From an uncultured Fidelibacterota bacterium (GTDB lineage Bacteria > Fidelibacterota > Marinisomatia > Marinisomatales > UBA1611): 64,000 nt of DNA. The stretch lies in NCBI GenBank assembly GCA_950068325.1, contig CATMHQ010000001.1, positions 12,433 to 76,432 on the forward strand. Reading direction: 5' to 3'. This document shows positions 49,216 to 61,909 of this stretch, piece by piece. Within the stretch, counting starts at the first letter, position 1, and each line of letters opens with the position of its first letter. The position numbers and the translations under genes were made by a program. The notes beneath the pieces were generated by a model. That model had not been told where the DNA came from. It was given only the letters and a program-made list of their open reading frames with translations, and did no database searches.

Positions 49216-50145
49216 ATGAGTGCAGCTGGAGTCGGGCACGCTTCTCAAAGTGTGATGGAACAGGTGGGACCCAATATCATCCACCACGTATCCAATTCCG
49301 ATATTTCACATCCCCTTTTACATCTCCCAACACTCTTTGGGATTGATTTCTCTGTTACAAAACATGTATTTATGTTATGGGTTGTAGCTCTTTTGGTTGG
49401 GATCGCTGTTATCATCCCTGTTAGAAAATTTTTATCCAGTGACAGATCCACACCCTCAGGATGGATGAATGCTATTGAAGCCATTGTTCAGTTTATCCGG
49501 GATTCGATCGTTAAACCCAATGTGGGACCGAAATGGGTCATGACCTGGACTCCTCTTATCCTGACATTTTTCTTTTTTATTCTCTTTGCAAATGGGATTG
49601 GTATGATTCCCATCTTTGATGTTTTAGGCGCATTTAACCGATTTGTTTTGGGTGTTCCGGCATCAGATTCCCACAATATGATTAATCATATTCTTCACGG
49701 TGGTGTCACTGCCACAGCAAATTTCAATGTGACGGGAGCATTGGCAACAATTACATTTTTCTCAATCATGGTAGCTGGAACCATGGCTCACGGTTTTATT
49801 AATCATTGGAAAAATTTGGCGCCCCACGGATTGGCATGGCCCGTGTATATTATTCTGATCCCTATTGAATTGATAGGGCTTTTTGTGAAGCCATTTGCCT
49901 TAACCATGCGTTTGGCAGCCAACATGACCGGCGGGCATATTGCGTTGCTGGCACTTTTATCTCTCATGGCCATTTTTGGCGAAATGTTTCATAGCACAGT
50001 CGCAGGAATTGGTGTGGCGTTTGTCTCCATTCCTATCTCTGTCGCTATTTTAGCACTCGAAATTATTGTCGTTCTTGTACAAGCATATGTATTTACCTTA
50101 CTTACATCTGTATTTGTTGGGATGGCAATTAATGTTCATCATTAA
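49216..50145 (+). CDS. atpB: ATP synthase Fo subunit a
   Basis: KPFALTMRLAANMTGGH, LEIIVVLVQAYVFTLL. Confidence 0.96.
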   Translation: MSAAGVGHASQSVMEQVGPNIIHHVSNSDISHPLLHLPTLFGIDFSVTKHVFMLWVVALLVGIAVIIPVRKFLSSDRSTPSGWMNAIEAIVQFIRDSIVKPNVGPKWVMTWTPLILTFFFFILFANGIGMIPIFDVLGAFNRFVLGVPASDSHNMINHILHGGVTATANFNVTGALATITFFSIMVAGTMAHGFINHWKNLAPHGLAWPVYIILIPIELIGLFVKPFALTMRLAANMTGGHIALLALLSLMAIFGEMFHSTVAGIGVAFVSIPISVAILALEIIVVLVQAYVFTLLTSVFVGMAINVHH

Positions 50146-50164
50146 TAAAAAAAGGATATAAACA

Positions 50165-50380
50165 ATGGAAGCAACTGTATTTGTACCTATAGGATTAGGG
50201 CTCACAGTCATTGGAGCAGGACTTGGAATCGGCAAATTTGCCGCAGCTGCTGCAGAAGGTATCGCCCGTCAGCCGGAAGCTGCTGATAAGATCACTGGTG
50301 CCGTGAATTTACCACTCTTTCTTCTTGAAGGTGTTGCGATTCTCGCAGAAGTGTTCATTTTTTTAATGCTGATTCTTTAA
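50165..50380 (+). CDS. atpE: ATP synthase Fo subunit c
   Basis: GAGLGIG, ARQPEA, conserved Glu55. Confidence 0.95.
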   Translation: MEATVFVPIGLGLTVIGAGLGIGKFAAAAAEGIARQPEAADKITGAVNLPLFLLEGVAILAEVFIFLMLIL

Positions 50381-50400
50381 TCAGAAAGCCGTAAATAATT

Positions 50401-50976
50401 ATGGATCAAATTTGGGGAATTCCCGGAGGCGAAGATCTGCATGAGTCAACAGAGGCTAATGGAGGTGCCAGTGCTCCGAACCCATTAGTCCAATTAGATC
50501 CGGGTCTGTTCATCTGGACAATCCTGACCTTTTTGATCCTGTTCTATGTTTTGGCAAAGTTCGCTTGGAAGCCCTTACTCACTGCATTGGAATCCAGGGA
50601 GAACACTATCAAATCTGCCCTGGAAGATGCAGAAAAAGCCAAGACAGAACTAGAACGAATCAATGCTGAATCTGAAGAAATCATGTCCAAAGCACGGTCC
50701 GAAGCCCAGACCATCCGTGTAGAAGCGAAATCTGCGGCTGAAAAGATCAAGGCTGATGTGATGGTCCAGGCAGGCGAAGATGCGAAGAAAATTCGTGACG
50801 ACGCTCAAAAACAGATCAATGTTGAAAAGGATAAAGCCATCCATGAAATTCGCCAGGAAGTGGTGAGTTTGACCATGATGGTGGCTGAAAAGGTCATTAG
50901 GAAGAATCTCTCCAAGGAAGACAATCAATCTTTGATTGAAGACTCCATTCAGCATCTAAAAGGATATGACGCTTAA
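50401..50976 (+). CDS. atpF: ATP synthase Fo subunit b
   Basis: DPGLFIWT...KFAWKPL...R followed by a coiled coil. Confidence 0.95.
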   Translation: MDQIWGIPGGEDLHESTEANGGASAPNPLVQLDPGLFIWTILTFLILFYVLAKFAWKPLLTALESRENTIKSALEDAEKAKTELERINAESEEIMSKARSEAQTIRVEAKSAAEKIKADVMVQAGEDAKKIRDDAQKQINVEKDKAIHEIRQEVVSLTMMVAEKVIRKNLSKEDNQSLIEDSIQHLKGYDA

Positions 50977-51505
50977 ACAAACCGCAAAACGTCTCGCCAA
51001 TGCTCTTTACTTTGTTTCCGAACAGAATAATGTGTTGGATCCAGTTCATAGTGGATTAACCACGGTGAATGACCTGGTGAAAACAGATTCCCAATTTCGG
51101 GCATTTGTGCAATCCAAACGAATCTCCGGTGAGAATAAAACCACTATCCTGAATAATGTAATGGGCGATGCAAGTCACCCCTTGGTGGGCGAACTTCTCT
51201 CTCATTTGCAAGGGCGAAAGGCAACCGCCATTTTGCAGGATGTGACCAACTTGTTTAACCATCGATTCAAGGAAGGGAAAAATATCGTTTCCGTCAAGGG
51301 AACTGTTGCCAGCGAAATGAGCGCAGAAGAAAAATCATCGTTGAAATTCTCGTTGGACCAAATCCTTGGAAAAAATACAGACCTGTCTTTAGATGTAGAT
51401 GAATCTTTGATTGGCGGAATCAGACTTCGAATCGAAAATACATTCCTGGACGCGACAGTCCAGAACCAATTACAGACGCTCCGAACGGAACTGCTGCAAT
51501 CGTAA
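50966..51505 (+). CDS. atpH: ATP synthase F1 subunit delta
   Basis: AKRLANALY, VDESLIGGI, operon position. Confidence 0.92.
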   Translation: MTLKQTAKRLANALYFVSEQNNVLDPVHSGLTTVNDLVKTDSQFRAFVQSKRISGENKTTILNNVMGDASHPLVGELLSHLQGRKATAILQDVTNLFNHRFKEGKNIVSVKGTVASEMSAEEKSSLKFSLDQILGKNTDLSLDVDESLIGGIRLRIENTFLDATVQNQLQTLRTELLQS

Positions 51506-51520
51506 AAAAATTAGGAAACT

Positions 51521-53044
51521 ATGGATATACAAACTGATCAATTAACCCGGTTACTCCGCGAACAGATCGAGAAATTTGATGGTTCGATTGATGTAGCAGA
51601 GGTTGGAGAAGTGATAGAAGTGGGTGATGGTGTTGCCCGAGTCTCCGGTCTTGAAAATGTAATGAGTTCTGAAATGGTGGAGTTGCCAAATGGTGTGTTC
51701 GGGATGGCATTGAATCTTGAAGAAGACAATGTGGGTCTCGTGCTCTTTGGTGAAACGCGACTTGTGAAAGAAGGTGACCTGGCAAAACGAACCGGCCGTG
51801 TGGTGGAAGTTCCTGTTGGAAATGCAATGCTGGGACGTGTTGTGAATCCGTTGGGACAACCCATTGATGGTAAGGGTCCAATCGATACGCCCCATTCGCT
51901 GCCCATTGAACGGAAAGCGTTGGGTGTTATGGCACGTCAGCCAGTTAAAGAACCATTGCAAACCGGTATTAAAGCCGTAGATAGCATGATCCCCATCGGC
52001 CGTGGCCAGCGTGAGTTGATCATTGGTGATCGGCAAACCGGGAAAACCGCTATTGCCATTGATACCATTATCAACCAGAAATACACCCATAAAACAGATA
52101 AACCTGTTTATTGTATTTATGTGGCTATTGGACAGAAAGCATCTACTGTTGCTGCGCTTGTTAAAGAGTTGGAAGCCAATGGTGCCATGAAATATACAAC
52201 CGTTTTGGCTGCCAATGCCTCTGACCCGGCACCTACCCAATACATTGCACCTTATTCCGGTGCTGCCATGGGCGAACATTTCCGCGATGATGGTAAACAC
52301 GCCTTGATCATTTATGATGATCTTTCAAAACAGGCGGTGGCTTATCGTCAAATGTCACTGGTTCTTCGTCGTCCACCGGGACGTGAAGCATTCCCCGGTG
52401 ACGTTTTCTATCTCCATAGTCGCCTGTTAGAACGAGCATCCAAATTATCAGACGCATTGGGTGGTGGCTCCTTGACCGCTTTACCGATTATTGAAACTCA
52501 AGAAGGTGACGTAGCTGCTTACATCCCAACCAACGTGATCTCAATCACAGATGGTCAGATCTACCTGGAAACAAACTTGTTCAATTCCGGGATCCGCCCG
52601 GCCATTGATGTAGGTCTATCTGTGTCTCGTGTGGGGGGTAATGCACAGATCAAAGCAATGAAATCTGTTGCTGGTACACTCCGTTTGGATCTGGCGCAAT
52701 ATCGTGAACTGGAAGCATTTTCAAAATTCGGGTCTGACTTAGATAAAGCAACCTTGGCCCAGTTAACGCGGGGTGAGCGGATGGTTGAGATCCTGAAACA
52801 GAATCAATATGTGCCCATGGATGTTGAAAAACAGGTGACCATTATTTTTGCTGCTTCCAAAGGGCATTTGGACGACATTGATATTTCCAAAGTTTCAGAA
52901 TTTGAAATAGGATTGTCCGAATACCTGGATGCCAATGCTGCTGATTCTCTCGCTTCCATAGTCAGTGAAGGAAAGATATCGGATGAAATAGCAGATAATC
53001 TTGAGAAAGCGATTGTTGATTACAAAGCAAGTTTCAACGCTTAG
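51521..53044 (+). CDS. atpA: ATP synthase F1 subunit alpha
   Basis: [31 protein letters not shown]. Confidence 0.98.
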   Translation: MDIQTDQLTRLLREQIEKFDGSIDVAEVGEVIEVGDGVARVSGLENVMSSEMVELPNGVFGMALNLEEDNVGLVLFGETRLVKEGDLAKRTGRVVEVPVGNAMLGRVVNPLGQPIDGKGPIDTPHSLPIERKALGVMARQPVKEPLQTGIKAVDSMIPIGRGQRELIIGDRQTGKTAIAIDTIINQKYTHKTDKPVYCIYVAIGQKASTVAALVKELEANGAMKYTTVLAANASDPAPTQYIAPYSGAAMGEHFRDDGKHALIIYDDLSKQAVAYRQMSLVLRRPPGREAFPGDVFYLHSRLLERASKLSDALGGGSLTALPIIETQEGDVAAYIPTNVISITDGQIYLETNLFNSGIRPAIDVGLSVSRVGGNAQIKAMKSVAGTLRLDLAQYRELEAFSKFGSDLDKATLAQLTRGERMVEILKQNQYVPMDVEKQVTIIFAASKGHLDDIDISKVSEFEIGLSEYLDANAADSLASIVSEGKISDEIADNLEKAIVDYKASFNA

Positions 53045-53096
53045 AACTCTCACTAGTTAATCGTATGAAAATCCAACACTGGTTTAATAAAAATTA

Positions 53097-55365
<2,269 letters not shown>

Positions 55366-55366
<1 letters not shown>

Positions 55367-55770
55367 TGAGCAATTTCAATCTTGAAATTGTAACGCCGAC
55401 ACGCGAACTTGACGCAGGACAAGTGAGTTATGTTCGCTGTCCTGGACTGGATGGTTCCTTTGGCGTAATGGCGAATCATCGTGAAGGGATCATTGCTCTT
55501 ACAGTTGGAGAAATCAAGATTACCCGGGATGGAAAGGATGAGTTCTTTGCCACGAGCGGAGGATTTGCAGAAATATTGAAAGAAAAAGTAAAACTGCTTG
55601 TTGAATCAGTGGAGACGGCACCCGAAATTGATGCGGATCGCGCAGAAAAATCTTTAGAACGGGCAACATTACGGAAATCTGAACAAGATCCTGAAATGGA
55701 TGATAATCGGATTGAAGCATCTTTGATGCGGGCGATAAACCGGTTACGGGTTTCAAAAAGGTCATTCTAA
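55366..55770 (+). CDS. atpC: ATP synthase F1 subunit epsilon
   Basis: LEIVTP, GSFGVMANH, SGGFAE, IDADRA. Confidence 0.95.
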
Positions 55771-55793
55771 TTAAATATGAAATATAAAACAGG

Positions 55794-55825
55794 AAGCTCG
55801 AAACGGTTATTGTTTCGAGCTTTTT
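55794..55825 (+). terminator. Rho-independent terminator of the atp operon
   Basis: AAGCTCGAAAC-GGTTATT-GTTTCGAGC followed by TTTTT. Confidence 0.85.
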
Positions 55826-55865
55826 GTTTATGAACTAAATATGAAAAATTCTAATAAATTAAGAT

Positions 55866-57623
55866 ATGTATAAAAGGTCTCATACTTGCGGTGATCTCCG
55901 AAAAACTAATGCGGGAGAATCAGTAAACTTAAACGGATGGGTGAATACCGTTCGGCTCCATGGACAGGTGGTTTTTGTTGATCTACGGGACCGTTACGGC
56001 AAAACTCAAATCGTTTTTGACGCCGATTCATTTTCCGGTGATTTTGAAGCAGTGAAAAAACTTTCCATGGAAGATGTACTGTCTGTCCGGGGAACGGTGA
56101 GAGACCGAGCAGAATCTGCCATGAATCCCAATATGGAAACGGGAGAAATTGAAGTTGCAGTTTCAGACTATATTATACTGAATAAAGCAGCGCCGCTGCC
56201 ATTTGTATTGTCAGATAGAGACAGCGCTGAAGAAAACCTTCGATTAAAATATCGCTATCTTGAACTCAGGATGGAAGAACTCCAGCGGAATATGCTGATT
56301 CGTCATGAAACCTATCAAGCCGTCCGTGGCTATTTATCCGGTCGGGATTTTGTGGAAATTGAAACGCCAGTTTTGATGAAATCCACACCGGAAGGCGCCC
56401 GGGACTATTTGGTCCCCAGCCGGATTCATCAGGGCAAATTTTACGCACTACCCCAATCACCCCAGATCTATAAACAGATCCTTATGATTGCCAATTATGA
56501 CCGGTATTTTCAAATTGTAAAATGTTTTCGGGATGAAGACCTTCGTGCAGATCGCCAACCGGAATTCACCCAAATTGATATTGAAATGTCATTCATTGAT
56601 GAAGAAGATATTTTTGCTCACATGGAAGGATTGACGTGTCATGTATTCAAATCTGTCCGTGGTGTTGAATTGCCAACTTCATTCCCCAGATTGACCTATT
56701 TGGAAGCCATGGAGACCTACGGTTCCGACAAACCGGACTTGCGTTATAAAATGAAGCTGCAGGACGTGAAAGAATTCACCGATGTCTCGGACTTCAACGT
56801 ATTCAAATCCGCTGAAAAAGTAAAAGGATTAGTGGTAGAGGACGGCGCAAAATATTCCCGGAAGATTATTGATGAACTCACAGATTTTGTGAAAAAATAT
56901 AAAGCCAATGGCCTGGCTTGGATGAAAGGAGAGAACGGCTCACTTACCGGCGGAATATCCAAATTTTTCTCCGAAGAACTCCAACGATTAATGTGTGAAA
57001 AATGTAGCGTGAAAGATGGGGATATTTTATTCATGATCGGTGATGAATCTGCAGTCACATTGAAAGCGTTAGGCCAGCTTCGTGTGGAGATTGCCAAACG
57101 TGAAGAATTAACAAACAAAGATGATTTTAAGCCGGTTTGGGTGACAGAATTCCCCATGTTCGAATATGATGAAGACGCAGACCGATTTATTGCTATGCAC
57201 CATCCATTCACCGCACCAAGAGAAGAAGATGTTGATATGCTGGATTCTGATCCATCCAATGCTTTGAGCCGTGGCTATGATTTAACCTTAAATGGCTTTG
57301 AGATTGCTGGCGGGTCTATTCGAATCCATTCACCTAAAATACAGGAAAAAGTTTTTTCATTATTGGGATTAAGCCAGGAAGAAGCGATTGAAAAATTTGG
57401 ATTCCTGATAGAAGCCCTGACTTATGGTGCGCCACCCCATGGCGGTATCGCCTTTGGATTTGATCGTATGGTTATGCTCCTGGCTGGAACAGAAAATATC
57501 CGTGACGTGATTGCTTTTCCCAAAACTACATCTGCCACATCCTTAATGGACGAAAGTCCCAGCAATGTGAGTACCGACCAGTTGGATGATTTGGGGATTC
57601 AGATCAAAGAATCTGAAGAATAA
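55866..57623 (+). CDS. aspS: Aspartate--tRNA ligase
   Basis: RSHTCG, STPEGARDY, LPQSPQ, FRDEDLRADRQPEFTQ, PPHGGIAFGFDR. Confidence 0.97.
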   Translation: MYKRSHTCGDLRKTNAGESVNLNGWVNTVRLHGQVVFVDLRDRYGKTQIVFDADSFSGDFEAVKKLSMEDVLSVRGTVRDRAESAMNPNMETGEIEVAVSDYIILNKAAPLPFVLSDRDSAEENLRLKYRYLELRMEELQRNMLIRHETYQAVRGYLSGRDFVEIETPVLMKSTPEGARDYLVPSRIHQGKFYALPQSPQIYKQILMIANYDRYFQIVKCFRDEDLRADRQPEFTQIDIEMSFIDEEDIFAHMEGLTCHVFKSVRGVELPTSFPRLTYLEAMETYGSDKPDLRYKMKLQDVKEFTDVSDFNVFKSAEKVKGLVVEDGAKYSRKIIDELTDFVKKYKANGLAWMKGENGSLTGGISKFFSEELQRLMCEKCSVKDGDILFMIGDESAVTLKALGQLRVEIAKREELTNKDDFKPVWVTEFPMFEYDEDADRFIAMHHPFTAPREEDVDMLDSDPSNALSRGYDLTLNGFEIAGGSIRIHSPKIQEKVFSLLGLSQEEAIEKFGFLIEALTYGAPPHGGIAFGFDRMVMLLAGTENIRDVIAFPKTTSATSLMDESPSNVSTDQLDDLGIQIKESEE

Positions 57624-57624
57624 T

Positions 57625-58712
57625 TTATTTGAGCAAAACTGCTCGTTTTGTTCGCAAAATTTCACCATCCAATTTTAATTGGTAAAAATAAACGCCCGAA
57701 CTGAACTTATCTGCATTCCATAAAATGGATTGCTCACCTTGGCGTTGATCTCGATTCACAAGCGTTTCCACTAATTTCCCATTGATGTTGTATATCATGA
57801 TTTCAACAAAACCGAAACTCGGATTTTCATAACGGATGTTTGTTGTGGGATTAAACGGATTGGGGAATAATTGTAGGCTGGTGGATTCAGGAATTATATT
57901 TTCATCTATTTCGGCGTTTTCACTTTCAAAAACTGTGATTCCTTGCAATATTTTTTCGCTGAAATCAAATAGAACCAAATTATTGGACAAATCATCCAGA
58001 GAACCGTGCCACCATGGATAGTAGGATTGTCCAATGATATCAATGGATGCATTCTCATCAAACAAATTTGAAAAAACCAAATCCCGCCACTACTTAAATG
58101 TCCAATCGTCCAAACGGTATCCGTTTCATCGATAGCTTCTTGAATTCCAGAAATCGCATGGTTAAATAGAATCCCTAAATTTTGCCATTGAGTGTCTGTG
58201 TTTGACTCATCACAAACGTACCCATCAGGCCATAAAAATCCACAATCCGTTTCATTACCAATTTGGATGAATTTTGGAAGAGTCCCTTGGGCTTTAAATT
58301 TGGTAACTACATTTTTTGTATAATGGAATACACTATCCGATAGAGTCTCAAAATCCAATGCTTCCCATGCGGATGGTTTTGTTTGATTGCCAGGGTCTGC
58401 CCAAGTATCGGAATAATGAATATCGAGCATAAGATCCAATCCTAAAGTATCAATTCTTTGTGCCATTTGAAGGACTCTCGGTAATCCATTGTAATCTAAT
58501 ATGGGAGTATGCCATAGTTTTAGTCTGACCACATTTACACCATGATCTTTAAAAATTTCTATGGGGTCTTTCTCAATACCATTTTCGTAAAAGACACCAC
58601 CATTTTGTTCAACTTGATACAAGATGGAAATATCAACACCTTTGATAAATCCAATGGATTGGGCGTAAATTTGTTCGTCAAAAATAAAAATAATGATAAA
58701 AAGTAGTCTCAT
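57625..58712 (-). pseudogene. GH53 arabinogalactan endo-beta-1,4-galactanase with a sorting domain; frameshifted and internally shortened
   Basis: KGVDIS, HYSDTWADPGNQ, QIGNE in one frame; SYYPWWHG and FPNPFNP in another. The shift lies at the T6 run (58071-58076). The segment bearing the nucleophile ET motif is missing. Confidence 0.8.
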
Positions 58713-58751
58713 TTTTAACACAATCATGTATCTATTGAATTAAATACCTAT

Positions 58752-59798
58752 TTAAAATAGAATTTCTAAAAACTCTGATCCTTTGGGACAATTATTCATT
58801 GAATATTCCATTCCACCAGGGATAGTGATCGAATCCCCCTCTCCAAGATCATATTTGTCCTTTCCCTGGATTTGGATTGCCATTCCACCGCGGAGCAAAA
58901 AGATAAAATGAAATTCGGTATCCTGTTGTGCGGTGAATATTTCATTCTCTCCTGATGATCTAACCACTGAAGCCTGTGCAATTCCATTCGTAGCTGGAAA
59001 AAACCCAAAATCCCGTGCTTCAAATCCGGGATATCGCCACGGACGCCATTCTGCCTTTTTTGCAATATGTTGCACAAAATTTTGTCCATTATAATCCCGA
59101 TCGGGACTTATTTCACGTGTAGGCAGATCTAATTCCGGATCGGTACAGGTCATGTGGCTTGCAGGCGAACTGATTTCCACCACTTCAAATCCATCCGAAT
59201 TTTCAAGCACGCGATGACGAATTTCCGGCGGCTGCAAAACGCAGTCACCCGCTTGAAAAATAAAAGGCTTACCCTGGTCTTCATAAACCAATTTTGCCCA
59301 GCCTTTATAACAATAAATCATTTGAAACCGAATCTTATGAAAATGGACGTAATCCGGAACCGGTCCGGCTTTGGGGATTCGAAGGTGTGAGGCGATAAAC
59401 CGTCCGCCATATCGATCCGGGATAAGGTCACGATATTCCATGCCGGCCCGACCGATCTTCCATTGCCCGTCCTTCAGTTTTGAATACTGGATGGATTGAT
59501 TTCCTTCTGGGAGAGAATAGGAATCATTTGATTCATGAAACTGAATTACAGTCCCATTCGGCGCTCTTAGATTTTTAGAATTTTCACCGGTAATTGAAAT
59601 GGTTCCGGGATGAATTGTATCATTATTTATAAAACGAATTCTTAATCCAAATCCAACCATGATAGCTTCATCGGGATCATCGGCCGGGAATATTGATTCT
59701 AATTGAAATCCCAGTTCGTCTGAAAAAAAGGATACTGTTTCATTTATATTTCCAGAGGGGAGAACAATTTCAGCCGTTTGATGATCAGTCCCTGTCAT
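58752..59798 (-). CDS. VOC/glyoxalase-like plus double cupin domain protein
   Basis: FFSDELGFQLESIFPADDP; GRAGMEYRDL, PDYVHFH, GDCVLQPPEIRHRV; second cupin LGEGDSITIPGG. Confidence 0.8.
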   Translation of the reverse strand: MTGTDHQTAEIVLPSGNINETVSFFSDELGFQLESIFPADDPDEAIMVGFGLRIRFINNDTIHPGTISITGENSKNLRAPNGTVIQFHESNDSYSLPEGNQSIQYSKLKDGQWKIGRAGMEYRDLIPDRYGGRFIASHLRIPKAGPVPDYVHFHKIRFQMIYCYKGWAKLVYEDQGKPFIFQAGDCVLQPPEIRHRVLENSDGFEVVEISSPASHMTCTDPELDLPTREISPDRDYNGQNFVQHIAKKAEWRPWRYPGFEARDFGFFPATNGIAQASVVRSSGENEIFTAQQDTEFHFIFLLRGGMAIQIQGKDKYDLGEGDSITIPGGMEYSMNNCPKGSEFLEILF

Positions 59799-60340
59799 TA
59801 TTTCATTTCACTTTCAAGGTCAACACCCAAGCCTTCGGCGATGCGATTTATATAATTAAAATAGGAAACAACCTGTGCTGCATCGCTAATAGCATTTTCA
59901 GAAAAGCCAGTTTTTTTGAGAACATCAATATCTGATTTTGTCATATCACCCGGCGTCAGGGTCAATTTTTCAGCCCAGGCACAAAGTGCTTTATCTTTTG
60001 CAGATATATCTGCCTTTTTCCAATCTTTCTTTAATTGCTCAGCTAATGATTCATCCCCGACTTCAACCCGGAAGTCATTCCCATGGGCTTCGATTCAGTA
60101 TTTGCAGTGATTCACTTGGGAAACGACGGTAGCGATCATTTCCCTCTGTGCCCGGGATAGTTCCGATTCGCCAAACATGATTGCGAGATACAAGCGCATG
60201 GATTCTTTCAAGGCAGCCGGGCTACGGCTCATGATCTTTAAAATATTGTAAACACGGCCAGATCGGCGAATCCCTTTGTCATATTCATTTTTAACAATTC
60301 CTTCAGTTTGATCAATAGCAACTGTTTTTATGTAAGTCAT
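59798..60340 (-). CDS. AhpD/CMD-family peroxidase-related selenoprotein (CxxU), 180 aa
   Basis: REMIATVVSQVNHCKY-TGA-IEAHGNDFR...AEKLTLTP...GFSENAISDAAQVVSYFNYINRIAEGLGVD; the frame stays open to the TAA at 59798-59800, which overlaps the next ATG. Confidence 0.88.
60059..60076 (-). promoter_or_regulatory. Candidate bacterial SECIS hairpin
   Basis: GACTTC-CGGGTT-GAAGTC begins 18 nt after the in-frame UGA; G at the second loop position. Confidence 0.65.
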
Positions 60341-60342
60341 TT

Positions 60343-61698
60343 TTAGTCCATTTCCTCAAGGAGATCTTGATTCATCCGGGCTTCATAATCAAATCCTTCT
60401 TTTTTCCCCAGTGATCGCCCAATCCAATAGATCCCGGTTCCAATAAGTCCGCCAATCAAGACCCAAAGAAAGACGTTTGGTAAGGTTATGATTGTAAAAT
60501 ATCCCATGGAGAGAATAACAATCCCACCCATGAGCCATAGGACCGGAATGGGTGGTTTGAATTTTGCGGATTCATACAAGGACGGGTTCACGTAAGGAAG
60601 ACTAATTAATGCAATACCCTGGATCAAATAAATAATGAATATTCCAACCAATCCTGTGTTCAATAAGAATAGTGCTGATTTGGTCCAGATGAGACCAATA
60701 CAGATCACAGCGCTAATGATCAAACTCACATGGGGCGTCCGCCAGGTTGGATGGACCTTTGAAAGGATGGGGGGCAGCAGACGGTCTTCGCTGAATACAA
60801 AAAACATCCTGGAGGGAACAAGAATGGACCCATTGATACTGGTCAAGAAAGCACTCATGGCGCCAATGGCAACTATGCCCGATCCCCAAGATGGTAAATA
60901 AACGCCTGCAGCATCCGCCATGGCAGATTGAGACGTTGCCAAAGCTTCTGCCGGGAGTACGCCAAAAGCCACAAATGACATCAGTACGAAGATCACAACA
61001 GAGATCAAAACACCACGAATAAAGATCATGGGTAATGTCCGGGTGGGATCCTTTGTTTCACCCGCAATCTGGGAGAGGGTTTCAAATCCTGCATAACTGA
61101 AAAACAGCATGGGCATGGCTTTCATAAGTCCACCCATTCCTTTGGGTAAAATCGGGTCATAATAGGAAAGATCGACGGCGAATAATCCGGGAATGACCAA
61201 TACCAAAATGCTGATGATCAGGATTCCCAACATGAAGGTTTGAATATGGCCATAATGTTTGATTCCGATCATGTTGATCCCATAGAAAAAAATGAGTGCG
61301 ATTGTGGCCCACACTTTTGGATCAGCAGTAGGATAGAAAAATGTCAAGTATTCCCCAAAACTTGTGGACATGAAAGCAAGGGCACCAATAAAGGCGATGA
61401 GTTTCATCCACATGGCAATGAATCCCAGGTAATAGCTTTTGAAGGTCCTGGAAATATGAATGTAGGCACCACCGGGGCGATTCCCAAGTGGTGTGGAAAC
61501 AAATACACTATAGGTGAGAGCTGTGCAAATAATAATCGGTGCAAAAAGGAGATAGGCGAGTGGGACCGAAGATCCAGCCACCGCACCGGCTTCTCCCGTC
61601 ACCCTGAAAATACCGGCTCCAACCAAAATACCGATTATGGTGGCATACCCGGAAATAGGCCCAAGATCCCGGCGGAGTTTGTTTTGTTTATTTACCAT
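60343..61698 (-). CDS. APC family amino acid permease
   Basis: LRRDLG, GILVGAGIF, GGAY, FFSYAGFE, AGETKDP, HPTWRTP. Confidence 0.92.
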   Translation of the reverse strand: MVNKQNKLRRDLGPISGYATIIGILVGAGIFRVTGEAGAVAGSSVPLAYLLFAPIIICTALTYSVFVSTPLGNRPGGAYIHISRTFKSYYLGFIAMWMKLIAFIGALAFMSTSFGEYLTFFYPTADPKVWATIALIFFYGINMIGIKHYGHIQTFMLGILIISILVLVIPGLFAVDLSYYDPILPKGMGGLMKAMPMLFFSYAGFETLSQIAGETKDPTRTLPMIFIRGVLISVVIFVLMSFVAFGVLPAEALATSQSAMADAAGVYLPSWGSGIVAIGAMSAFLTSINGSILVPSRMFFVFSEDRLLPPILSKVHPTWRTPHVSLIISAVICIGLIWTKSALFLLNTGLVGIFIIYLIQGIALISLPYVNPSLYESAKFKPPIPVLWLMGGIVILSMGYFTIITLPNVFLWVLIGGLIGTGIYWIGRSLGKKEGFDYEARMNQDLLEEMD

Positions 61699-61742
61699 TC
61701 AAATATCTTTTTTGAAAATAATCTATCCTGAAAAATTTATCG

Positions 61743-61874
61743 ACGCAAAGACGCTAAGCCGCAAAGAAACAAAAGGAAATTAATACAAAAATGATAAATC
61801 ATTTATTAACTAATGAATTATTATCCGATCAATATTAAACACTTTATCCCGACACTTCGGGGCGTCTTAGCGTT
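61743..61874. repeat. Inverted-repeat element of 8-9 nt CGC(A/T)AAG units with a 16-nt hairpin inserted in the right arm
   Basis: Left arm ACGCAAAGACGCTAAGCCGCAAAG; right arm CTTT[ATCCCGACACTTCGGG]GCGTCTTAGCGTT. Confidence 0.75.
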
Positions 61875-61909
61875 AAAAGCTAATAAATTAATGAGACTAT
61901 TAGGCCAAA

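Noticed and set aside
60095-60097. Genome-wide UGA reassignment to Trp or Gly
   Set aside because: Many genes here end at TGA with ATGA overlaps at the expected C-termini, and Trp is encoded by TGG; the readthrough is site-specific.
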